From the IMG/VR virus record IMGVR_UViG_3300017784_003611, positions 1 through 35,260 of that record: a stretch of DNA of 35,260 nt; one strand, given 5' to 3'. This DNA comes from a virus. Lineage: Duplodnaviria > Caudoviricetes. Under the pieces are notes generated by a model. It was not told where the DNA came from, ran no database searches, and was given only the letters and a program-made list of their open reading frames with translations. Both the position numbers and the translations under genes were made by a program. This document shows positions 9,593 through 18,486 of the stretch, in pieces; the first letter of the stretch is position 1, and each line of letters opens with the position of its first letter.

Positions 9593-10813
9593 ATGAATAA
9601 TAAATCATATTGTGTGCTAGCATACAATCATTTAAGCATCGACCCTACAGGGCAAGTACGTCCTTGCTGTAACTACAATTACCATCATCCAGAATTCCCA
9701 AGTAACGATTGGCTATTTAACAATGTGACTAGCGGAAAGTCGATAACAGAGTTAGTATCTAGTAAATCACACTTAGAACTTAGAAAAGATATTTCGAATA
9801 ACGAAAAGCATAAGTTTTGTGATCGTTGTTGGATAGTAGAAGATGGAGGAGGTCATAGCTATCGTAATGACTGGAATAAAAAATTCGGTATTGCCGACGA
9901 TACAATCAAGCATGAAGTTAAAATTGAATATTTAGAAATAACATTGGGTAACAAATGCAATATTCAATGCAGGATGTGTAATCCTTGGAGCAGTAACTTA
10001 TGGGCAGAAGATATTAAAAAGCATCCCGAACTTAACTACTGGGGCATAGTTGATTACCATGTTAATTTCGAATATTATAATACTCCAGAGTTTGATGCTA
10101 TATTTAATGAAATCATCCCTACATTAAAACACATTAATCTACTAGGCGGAGAACCATTGTTCAACAGCAAGTATTATGAATTTTTGCAAAGAATTATCGA
10201 TAGTGGCAGAGCACATGAAGTTACTGTACAATTTAACACAAACTTACTTGCACTTCAAGACAGGGCGTTTGATCTTTGGAAAGAGTTTAAATACGTTAAT
10301 GCAAACATAAGTTGTGACGGAATTGATATAGTAAATGAGTATGTTAGATATCCAGGTAAGTGGAGCAAGTTTACACGTAACTTAGAAAAAATAATAGATT
10401 GGCAAACACGATTAGGTGGGTCGGAAAAACTGTTTTTACAAATACATACAACAATGAGTAGCCTAACCTGGCTTAACTTAGGCGAACTAATTAAATGGTG
10501 TCAGGCGTTGCCGCCTTCAATGAGGGCACCATTCTTAATTCAAGTAAACCAGCCATCGTATATGGACTGTATAAACATGCCAGAACCAATTAAAAAATTA
10601 GGTTACGAACGTATTTGCGAAAGTTTAGTTGGATTAAAGCCATGGGAATCTAAGAACATTTTTAGTTTGATAGAGTATGTTATTAATACAACTGGCGATC
10701 CAGCAAAATGGGAAAAAATGATTATTGAAACTAATAAGTTGGATCGAGTAAGATCGAGTAGTATATTAAATATTGCACCAGAATATAAGGATTTTTGGAA
10801 AGATGATATCTGA
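9593..10813 (+). CDS. Radical SAM protein with N-terminal twitch/SPASM-like domain
   Basis: YCVLAY...RPCC...CDRCW; CNIQCRMC; LGGEPL; NTN; SCDG...NEYVRYP. Confidence 0.9.
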   Translation: MNNKSYCVLAYNHLSIDPTGQVRPCCNYNYHHPEFPSNDWLFNNVTSGKSITELVSSKSHLELRKDISNNEKHKFCDRCWIVEDGGGHSYRNDWNKKFGIADDTIKHEVKIEYLEITLGNKCNIQCRMCNPWSSNLWAEDIKKHPELNYWGIVDYHVNFEYYNTPEFDAIFNEIIPTLKHINLLGGEPLFNSKYYEFLQRIIDSGRAHEVTVQFNTNLLALQDRAFDLWKEFKYVNANISCDGIDIVNEYVRYPGKWSKFTRNLEKIIDWQTRLGGSEKLFLQIHTTMSSLTWLNLGELIKWCQALPPSMRAPFLIQVNQPSYMDCINMPEPIKKLGYERICESLVGLKPWESKNIFSLIEYVINTTGDPAKWEKMIIETNKLDRVRSSSILNIAPEYKDFWKDDI

Positions 10814-12032
10814 TAAAATACACCCAGCATCACATGATAGAATTTTGTATACATCTACTTTTAAAGACCTTGGTCCTGAGTTTACGGCAATCGTCGAAAA
10901 CTCTAAACGAAAACAGTTTATATTACTTAGTACCCCTTATCATTTAAAAAATACACTAGATGACGTTTATAGTCAGCAGTATTACTTTAGAGACGGGGGC
11001 ATTATTAAAGACTTAGAACCTTACTTAAAAGAAATACGTGCAGGGGATATTAAGGTTGTTTTATTTTTCACTGATTGGTGGGGTTTTTGTAATTGGAGAG
11101 AAATAAACGGTTCACGAAATAACAGTAATTTAGTTAGCTACGACATTTATAACTGGGTATATGAACATTTTAAGAATTTAGATATACTAGATAATTCTGT
11201 ATTTGTTCATCCAGCAAGCACAATGTATACTAAACAACATTCAGACTGGCCCATCGTTGAATTCAATGAACCGTTTAACAGACATATGCACATTGCTAAA
11301 ACATTACCAAATTTAAAACAAACTTGGATAAATGATAAAAAAAGTCAATTTAACAACTTTTTGTTTAGTTTAAATAGACGTCCACGCAGTCATAGAATCT
11401 ATGTATTCTATAAATTATACCAAGTTGGGTTATTGGACAATGCAAAGTTTACCTTTCATTACTTTGATGAAAGGATTAATGATGAATACACAAAGTTTGA
11501 ACATTTTATTAATTCATTGAACCAATTCAATGAAGACGACATAGACTTTTCTTTCTTCGATTGTATTGATGAAAGGCAATTAGATAACGCATATGATTTG
11601 ATAAATGACATACAACATATCAATGAGATAGAAATATTAAACTCAGCCGCAGCCTGTTGTTTTTTAGAAATTGTCAATGAATATAATTGTAGTGACAGAA
11701 AAGTATTCTTGTCTGAGAAAGTGGCCAGGGCAATAGTATTAAGAAATCCGTTTTTAGTATTAGGCGATAGAGGTAGCTTATTGGAATTGCAAAGACACGG
11801 GTTTAGAACATTCAATACTATATGGGACGAGAGTTATGACTTGTTTCCCACATTTAAAGAAAGAGCAAATGCTGCTATACACATGCTAAACACCGACATT
11901 AAAGATTATTACAATAGTAATAAAAGATATTACCCCGCCGAAATTTGGGATATTGTAACATACAATTACGACTGGTATTTTAACGGTTATAAACAGCAGC
12001 AAATAGAAAAGTTTAAAGGAATTTTTGAATGA
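10803..12032 (+). CDS. Putative glycosyltransferase, GT10 (fucosyltransferase)-like C-terminal domain
   Basis: LNRRPRSHR...LEIVNE...FLSEKVARAI...PFLVLG...GFRTF...DESYD recalls the E...(T/S)EK donor-binding motif of GT10-like proteins. The ORF is certain; the function is inferred. Confidence 0.55.
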   Translation: MISDKIHPASHDRILYTSTFKDLGPEFTAIVENSKRKQFILLSTPYHLKNTLDDVYSQQYYFRDGGIIKDLEPYLKEIRAGDIKVVLFFTDWWGFCNWREINGSRNNSNLVSYDIYNWVYEHFKNLDILDNSVFVHPASTMYTKQHSDWPIVEFNEPFNRHMHIAKTLPNLKQTWINDKKSQFNNFLFSLNRRPRSHRIYVFYKLYQVGLLDNAKFTFHYFDERINDEYTKFEHFINSLNQFNEDDIDFSFFDCIDERQLDNAYDLINDIQHINEIEILNSAAACCFLEIVNEYNCSDRKVFLSEKVARAIVLRNPFLVLGDRGSLLELQRHGFRTFNTIWDESYDLFPTFKERANAAIHMLNTDIKDYYNSNKRYYPAEIWDIVTYNYDWYFNGYKQQQIEKFKGIFE

Positions 12033-13630
12033 CTCCAGCTGAAGTTAAACACCGTGTTGTTGAAAATAAAATCTGGGAAAACGCAGTATGGGTAAACCAA
12101 GAAGAAAAACTTTTCTTTGTTCCCGTTTGGCGTAACGGTAATACTGCATTCATGAATGACATTGCCGAACAGTTTAACTTTACATTAGAAAAAGACATTG
12201 ACTTATCTAACTACACTGGATTTACAATGATAAGAAACCCAGTCAAACGGTTAGTGGGACAAATCTGGAGGGCATGTGAGAATCATAATCATTCAATTGA
12301 CTACGTTGTTACTAATCTATTTAAACAGTATGAAGTTGATATGCATTTGTTAACACAAACAAGTTTCTTAAAACCGTATAAGATTGATTACTATTTAGAT
12401 TTGGATAATTTAAAATTTATAGGACACACTGTAATTGATCAGATTATTGCAGTGCTGTTAAACCCAAAGCCTAATAGGGATAGTCGATATGACGCTGCGT
12501 ATGGTAAAAAAATTGAAGACTATTTAGAAAAACATAGTGATAACATAAAACTTATTGAAGCATATTATGCAGAGGACTATAATCTATATTACGGCATTGC
12601 TGATAAATCTACTGTAGGCATCTTAGGGTTGGGAAAAATAGGAACTGTGTTAAAAAAGTTGTTAGAAGAAAATAACATTGCAGTCAGTGCATACGATCCT
12701 AAAAAAATTACCGATACGCTAGATCGTGTAGTTTCAAGCGACATAATTTGGATATGTGTTGATACGCCATCCGACTACAGCGGGGATGATCCTGATGATA
12801 AACCAACCGATTATAATACTGATAATTTAAAAGTTGCGTTAAGTTATGCTCGAGGCAAGCCTGTTATAATCAGTTCTACTGTTAGTCCAGGCACTTGTAA
12901 TAGTTTAACACATGACGCTGAATTATTTTATATGCCTTTCCTCATTAGTCAAGGCGATGTTAAGCAGGGTTTAATTAATCCCGATGCATGGTTTTTAGGT
13001 TCAAATTTTGACACAACTCCTGTAGAGAAATTGGTTAAAACGTTTAGTAACAGTGAAATAAAAACAGGGACATTAGAAGAAATAGAATTGGTTAAAGTTT
13101 TATATAACAGTTGGATTATAAATAAAATTAATTTTGCTAATTGGGCCGGCGATTTAGCAAGAACTGTAGGAAACGCCAATGGTAATAAAATAATGAAATG
13201 GCTAGCAGATAGCAATCAATTAATAACCAGTAGTGCGTATATGCGCAGCGGTTGGGGAGATGGCGGACCTTGTCATCCTAGAGACAATTTGATGCTAAGT
13301 TGGTTAAATCAAAAACTTAATCTAGGCTACGATCCTGCTATAAACCAACATAATATAAGACTAGCACAAGCAAATCTACTAGTCAAACGTGTTATAGATA
13401 CTAACTTGCCAGTTTGTATATTAGGTAAAAGTTATAAACCACAAGTGTCTGACACAACCGGAAGTTATAGCGTACTAGTTGCAAAACTGCTTGCCCAACA
13501 CAATGTGGAAGTTTGTTTCGAGGACGCTGACACTAATAATAAAGATTACTGCTATGTATTAGCACATGGCAAAATGTACGGTCATGCACCAAGTCTAGAT
13601 AGCATAATTATAAACATGTGGGAAGAATAA
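12029..13630 (+). CDS. Fusion: sulfotransferase-family-like N-terminal domain + UDP-glucose/GDP-mannose dehydrogenase
   Basis: N-terminus: FVPVWRNGNTAF, FTMIRNPVKRLVG, YAEDYNLY. C-terminus from about 12605: VGILGLGKIG, ICVDTP, SSTVSPGT, ELVKVLYN, GGPCHPRD (catalytic Cys), LGKSYKP. Confidence 0.85.
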   Translation: MTPAEVKHRVVENKIWENAVWVNQEEKLFFVPVWRNGNTAFMNDIAEQFNFTLEKDIDLSNYTGFTMIRNPVKRLVGQIWRACENHNHSIDYVVTNLFKQYEVDMHLLTQTSFLKPYKIDYYLDLDNLKFIGHTVIDQIIAVLLNPKPNRDSRYDAAYGKKIEDYLEKHSDNIKLIEAYYAEDYNLYYGIADKSTVGILGLGKIGTVLKKLLEENNIAVSAYDPKKITDTLDRVVSSDIIWICVDTPSDYSGDDPDDKPTDYNTDNLKVALSYARGKPVIISSTVSPGTCNSLTHDAELFYMPFLISQGDVKQGLINPDAWFLGSNFDTTPVEKLVKTFSNSEIKTGTLEEIELVKVLYNSWIINKINFANWAGDLARTVGNANGNKIMKWLADSNQLITSSAYMRSGWGDGGPCHPRDNLMLSWLNQKLNLGYDPAINQHNIRLAQANLLVKRVIDTNLPVCILGKSYKPQVSDTTGSYSVLVAKLLAQHNVEVCFEDADTNNKDYCYVLAHGKMYGHAPSLDSIIINMWEE

Positions 13631-14818
13631 ATGATAGTTAATACAGCAACAACATGCAGAGTATGTAACAGCGATATAATAGAAGTTGCCAATTTAGGAA
13701 ACATACACATCAATGATTTCCCAGAGGATCCCAACTATTCTAAAGGATTAGCGCCATTGGTATTGGATCAATGCGTTAAGTGTAAGCTAGTGCAATTACG
13801 ACACACAGTAGATCCTAATATACTATATGGTGAACACTACTGGTATCAAAGCGGGTTAAATCCTAAACTTAAACAAAATCTATTAGACATCGCCGAGTTC
13901 GTAAATCAACTTAGTAATTCTGGCGATATTGTATTAGACATTGGAGCAAATGATGGAACACTACTAAGCGGGATAGTTAATGATAGATATAAAATTGCTT
14001 GTGAGCCTGCTCCAAATTTACAGAATAAGTTGGCAAATCATGCAGACTATATTATACCCACAATGTGGGACTCAATTTATATGGACAGTAGATTAGCAAA
14101 AGTAATTACAGCTATTGGTATGTTTTATGATATGGACGACCCGAACGATTTTATACGCAGTGTTAAAAATAGTTTAGCAGAGGATGGTGTATTCATTGCA
14201 CAGTTAATGACACTAGCACCTATGCTTAAAATGAAAGACTTAGGCAATATATGTCATGAGCATTTAGAATATTACAGTTATGATAGTTTAGTCGAACTAT
14301 ATGAACGTAACGGATTAGAAATATTTAAGGTAGAAGAAAATGATATACAGGGCGGCAGCTATCAAATTTGGGCAAGACATTATACCTCTGGAAGCATAGC
14401 ATATGAAGAAGATATATCTACATTAAATGAATTCATTGAGTTAGTTAAAGAAAATGGTAAGATACTAAGAGAAACACTTGATAAATATCTTGCACAGGGA
14501 AAGCAGTGTTATGTATATGGTGCTAGCACTAAAGGCAACACACTACTGCAAATATGGGACTTAAAAAAATATTTCGCAGGGGCTGCTGAAATACACGCAG
14601 ATAAATTCGGAAGATATACTGTTGGAACAAAAATACCAATTGTCCCCGAAAGCGTTGCTAAAGAAAATGCAGATGTTTTTTTTGTTCCTAATTATGGGTT
14701 CAAAGACTTATTTGTTGATAAAGAACGAGATTGGATTAACACCGGGGGTATTATGATTTTTGCAATGCCCACTGTAGAAATAGTAAAATATGAAAATAAT
14801 AGTAGCAGCAGGGTCTAG
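13631..14818 (+). CDS. NDP-sugar C-methyltransferase (Zn-binding N-terminus, class I SAM-dependent)
   Basis: CRVC...CVKCKLVQL zinc site; LDIGANDG; HEHLEYYS; YGASTKGNT. Confidence 0.88.
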   Translation: MIVNTATTCRVCNSDIIEVANLGNIHINDFPEDPNYSKGLAPLVLDQCVKCKLVQLRHTVDPNILYGEHYWYQSGLNPKLKQNLLDIAEFVNQLSNSGDIVLDIGANDGTLLSGIVNDRYKIACEPAPNLQNKLANHADYIIPTMWDSIYMDSRLAKVITAIGMFYDMDDPNDFIRSVKNSLAEDGVFIAQLMTLAPMLKMKDLGNICHEHLEYYSYDSLVELYERNGLEIFKVEENDIQGGSYQIWARHYTSGSIAYEEDISTLNEFIELVKENGKILRETLDKYLAQGKQCYVYGASTKGNTLLQIWDLKKYFAGAAEIHADKFGRYTVGTKIPIVPESVAKENADVFFVPNYGFKDLFVDKERDWINTGGIMIFAMPTVEIVKYENNSSSRV

Positions 14819-16256
14819 GACAGGCAGTCATGCTTTCTGTCAGACTCAAGCAGTAGATCATGATCTCAGTGAGATCATGAATGTCGAAGATCTAATACTC
14901 CCTAGACTGTCAGATGTTTCTATAGATTTTAGTATTTGTAGTAAAGAATTTTTAGCCGCACTTGAAAGTCATGACTGGGAAACAGCATGGAATCTTAAGC
15001 CTGCGTTAACTGACAAACATCATTTATTACTAATAGATGATAATTTAAATAAAGTAAAGACTAGAGAATATTTGGGGTTGTGTGATTTTTTAAATGCATA
15101 TCAGACTCGTTGGGAAAATATAAAAAAACTAGACAGCTGGTGTATTAAAGTTATACAGTATCAAGCAATTCCAGATGTTATTTTAAATGATATGATAGGT
15201 ACTGCGAATAAAGTATATCTGTTAAACAGACGAGATAAGATAGCACAAGCACTTAGTGCGACAAAAGCAACACAAACTCAAAGGTGGCACGGAACAATAG
15301 ACGCTCCTATAATAGAAGATGCAGGGAATATTGATTATACTATATTTCGGATGTGTTGTAATGGGATTCGAAACGAAGATAGCTGGTTAGACTCTAAATT
15401 CTCTCAAACAAACGTAGAACATATATACTATGAAGATTTAAATTTAAGCAAAAGCAACTATACAAAAAATCGTGTCACAATGTTGTATGATATAGATTTG
15501 TGCAAAAAATATTGGGAAATGAGTGATAAAATGATTGATACATGGTTTAAGGAATTTATTTCTAAATATGACTGGACAACATTACAGAATATAAGACCAG
15601 CTAATGGTTATTTTAAAATGGTAACAGACCCTTCAGTTGAAAATTTAAAATATTGGGATTTACACATTACTGCACTGAAAGCAATTGACATTGACAATAT
15701 GCCACGTGATTTAGCTTGGTTAGATATTGGTATATGGTTCGGTATAATGCCGTTTGTGTTACAAGAAAATGGATTTACTAATATAGAAACAACTGATTGT
15801 GCAGTTCACAGAGTGGGCAATGATGAATATTTTAACGAACTGTGGTCTACATTTAAATTAACACCAAGTGAGTTGGAAATAAGACCTAAGGTGAGATTTA
15901 ATTTAGGTAAAACATACGACTTAATAACAATAATGAAAAGTAATGTATTCTGGAAAACAGAGGAAGTTATACACTACGACGGCAGCGACGATATTGGTAT
16001 TGCTTGGCAGAATCACGGCTCCGACGGAAAGTACCACACATATTTTAGTGTATACAATAAAGAAGAATGGGAGTTTTTTGTTGAAAACATTAAAGAATTC
16101 TTAAATCCAGGCGGTATTGCTGTTGTTAATCCTGAACCCTGGGTTTATGATAAAATAGCATCTTGTGCACCAGCAAGAGATTATTTAAAGCAGTTTCAAA
16201 TTGATAATATCCCTACACAAGAACACTATAGTAACTATTTGGTAATCAGAAAATGA
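14790..16256 (+). CDS. Fusion: Stf0-like sulfotransferase domain + class I SAM methyltransferase-like domain
   Basis: N-terminus: GSRTGSH, LNRRDKIAQALS, IYYEDL. C-terminus: WLDIGIWFG, YDLIT, FLNPGGIAVV. Confidence 0.65.
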   Translation: MKIIVAAGSRTGSHAFCQTQAVDHDLSEIMNVEDLILPRLSDVSIDFSICSKEFLAALESHDWETAWNLKPALTDKHHLLLIDDNLNKVKTREYLGLCDFLNAYQTRWENIKKLDSWCIKVIQYQAIPDVILNDMIGTANKVYLLNRRDKIAQALSATKATQTQRWHGTIDAPIIEDAGNIDYTIFRMCCNGIRNEDSWLDSKFSQTNVEHIYYEDLNLSKSNYTKNRVTMLYDIDLCKKYWEMSDKMIDTWFKEFISKYDWTTLQNIRPANGYFKMVTDPSVENLKYWDLHITALKAIDIDNMPRDLAWLDIGIWFGIMPFVLQENGFTNIETTDCAVHRVGNDEYFNELWSTFKLTPSELEIRPKVRFNLGKTYDLITIMKSNVFWKTEEVIHYDGSDDIGIAWQNHGSDGKYHTYFSVYNKEEWEFFVENIKEFLNPGGIAVVNPEPWVYDKIASCAPARDYLKQFQIDNIPTQEHYSNYLVIRK

Positions 16257-17143
16257 AATATTATATCGCTGGTAATCGAGGGTTAGTTGGTAAACATTAT
16301 ATTGAACATATTGTTGGCAGTGCAGGCGGCAATACCAATAGCGTTGACTATACTGATCTAACACAAACAATGCAAGACGTCGAGCAGCACAAACCAACAC
16401 ATGTTGTTATTAATGCTGCAACTGTTGGTGGTCTTCAAGAAGACTTAGATCGTAGCTTTGAACTGTTGCTACGCAACTTAAAGATACAAAACAACTTGTT
16501 CGAATCGTGTGCTGCGTTTGATGTTAACCGTGTGCTATTACAAGGCAGCACTTGCTCGTATCCTGAGTTGGGCGATCAACCATATATGGAATATCAGTTA
16601 CTAGAAGGTAAACCATACGAGGGTTACTTAACTACTGCATTGCCTAAGTTAGTGGGTATGTATCAGTGTCGTGCAAGTAACGACAAACGAGGAACAAAGT
16701 GGCGAACTGCTATTAACACTAACATGTATGGCCCCGGTGATCGTGTGGGTAAACATGCACATGTTATCGGCGCATTGATGCAAAAGTTTGTAACAGCAGT
16801 TAAAGAAGATCATACCGAAATAGAAATATGGGGTAGTGGTAATCAAAGCAGAGACTTACTTTATATTAAGGACGCTGTTAGTGCAATGGATATCATATTA
16901 AATAACGATACATATGACACGGCGAACGTTGCTAGTGGAGTGGAAGTTACTATAAAAGAAATTGCAGAAACACTAAAGTCTATTAGTAATTTCAAAGGTA
17001 AACTATGGTATAATACTAATAGACCTGAAGGTATTAAGAATCGTAGTATTAGTAATGATAGATTAAAAAGTTTAGGCTGGCAGCAAGAGTATAGCTTACA
17101 GCAAGGACTTGAAGAAACGTATAGATGGTATTATAACTTATAA
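16253..17143 (+). CDS. fcl: GDP-L-fucose synthase-like SDR (epimerase/reductase family) with atypical active site
   Basis: IAGNRGLVG, AATVGG, GSTCSYP, NMYGP, AHVIGAL, IWGSG..SRDLLYIKD. YxxxK is replaced by TALPK. Confidence 0.8.
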   Translation: MKYYIAGNRGLVGKHYIEHIVGSAGGNTNSVDYTDLTQTMQDVEQHKPTHVVINAATVGGLQEDLDRSFELLLRNLKIQNNLFESCAAFDVNRVLLQGSTCSYPELGDQPYMEYQLLEGKPYEGYLTTALPKLVGMYQCRASNDKRGTKWRTAINTNMYGPGDRVGKHAHVIGALMQKFVTAVKEDHTEIEIWGSGNQSRDLLYIKDAVSAMDIILNNDTYDTANVASGVEVTIKEIAETLKSISNFKGKLWYNTNRPEGIKNRSISNDRLKSLGWQQEYSLQQGLEETYRWYYNL

Positions 17144-18486
17144 TGACATATTTTCCTAATTTTCATGTTACAGTAAACAATAACATTAACAATGTTAATG
17201 AAACAAATCATGACTTTGATCACTACTGTTTGTTATTTGCGGGAAGATTAAATCACTTTGGAACAGTGGAGTGGGAACAACATGCATTAACACATTATAA
17301 ACGCTTTGCCCAGCAGTGCAAAAATAAAAATATAAGAATCACTTGTAAATTTATTGTCTACGGGAATGACGAAGTAATAAGCGGTCATAACTGTAACAGA
17401 TTGTCTGGATTTGGTAACATTTATCAATCTTTGTTTAACACTATAGAAAATTCGAACGACACAGAACACATGTTTTATCCTTTGCATAATATCACTGATA
17501 AAACGATAGATCCTACAAGCGCAAGATCCAGCTTTGAAAGCTGGGTCTGGCGCCGAAGAAGGCAGTATGACAAAGAAAAGTATCTTAACATTGAATCTTG
17601 CCTAGAAAATAATTTATATGATTTTCCATTAAAAAAAGTCGAATTTGAGGAATACTGTAAGAATGCGTTTTCTATGATGAATACCATACAGTTCTTTTAT
17701 GTTGATGGTAACAAAGCAGTTCTCAATGAGCTACAAACAACTTTAAAAAATCCAGACATAAAAAACGTATATGGTTTCGGGCAGCACTTTCAAGTTAATA
17801 CAGCGTATAGCATTTATCCAAACATGTTTGATGACTGTGACTCTAATTCGATAGTTATTAAAGTTAGATATGACGGCATTTATTTTAATGCTACTCAACA
17901 TTTTAATTTTACAAACGCAGTTGAAATTCCACCTGAGTTGTTTAAAAATGTTTTTTATAGTATAGACGATAATGATGTCTTCAGAAATTTTTTCCTAACA
18001 GGAGAAGATCTAAGACGTGAAAATTTTAACATCTATCAATTACCCACAGTTATGTATACAAGACAACGACATGACATAAAAGAACACATACATTCATTTC
18101 CGCATGACATATCATTGATTTTTAACAAAGAAGGTATAGTACATTATGCAAAACATTATAAAGACTTTATATTAAATAGAGCATTACACACACACGATAT
18201 CAATGATAAAAAAGCGATAAAAACTAACCAGTATTTAGGATTTCACATACATACATCTCTTGGCGATTTTTTTAAAAATAGTTTTAATCAATTAGATTAT
18301 ACACCCGTAGATGTAAACAATAGATCTGTTAATGTTTTTGGAGCAACACTACGTGAGATAAGATTGTCCCCAGACAATAGAATGTATAGCGATGTCTCAG
18401 ACGATTACAAACTACGTTGGTATAGCGGGTATTGGGCAATTAGATCAATGATTATAGGAAAATTTGGAAAACATGATAACATCTGA
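17143..18486 (+). CDS. Hypothetical protein; divergent member of the local four-member paralog family (possibly glycosyltransferase-like)
   Basis: CLLFAGRLNHFGTVEWE, IVIKVRYD, FPHDISLIFNKEG and YKLRWY align with blocks in the three paralogs downstream. Confidence 0.6.
   Translation: MTYFPNFHVTVNNNINNVNETNHDFDHYCLLFAGRLNHFGTVEWEQHALTHYKRFAQQCKNKNIRITCKFIVYGNDEVISGHNCNRLSGFGNIYQSLFNTIENSNDTEHMFYPLHNITDKTIDPTSARSSFESWVWRRRRQYDKEKYLNIESCLENNLYDFPLKKVEFEEYCKNAFSMMNTIQFFYVDGNKAVLNELQTTLKNPDIKNVYGFGQHFQVNTAYSIYPNMFDDCDSNSIVIKVRYDGIYFNATQHFNFTNAVEIPPELFKNVFYSIDDNDVFRNFFLTGEDLRRENFNIYQLPTVMYTRQRHDIKEHIHSFPHDISLIFNKEGIVHYAKHYKDFILNRALHTHDINDKKAIKTNQYLGFHIHTSLGDFFKNSFNQLDYTPVDVNNRSVNVFGATLREIRLSPDNRMYSDVSDDYKLRWYSGYWAIRSMIIGKFGKHDNI
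18463..18481 (+). repeat. 19-bp direct repeat copy 1 (TTTGGAAAACATGATAACA) spanning a gene junction
   Basis: Identical to 19753..19771; the upstream flanks are also similar (ATTATAGGAAAA vs ATAATAGAAAAG). Confidence 0.85.

Noticed and set aside
1-10813. RiPP cluster interpretation of the SPASM/twitch radical-SAM array
   Set aside because: There is no space for precursor peptides between the genes, and no RRE/PqqD domain, peptidase or exporter was seen. The neighbourhood is sugar chemistry. A precursor outside the window cannot be excluded.
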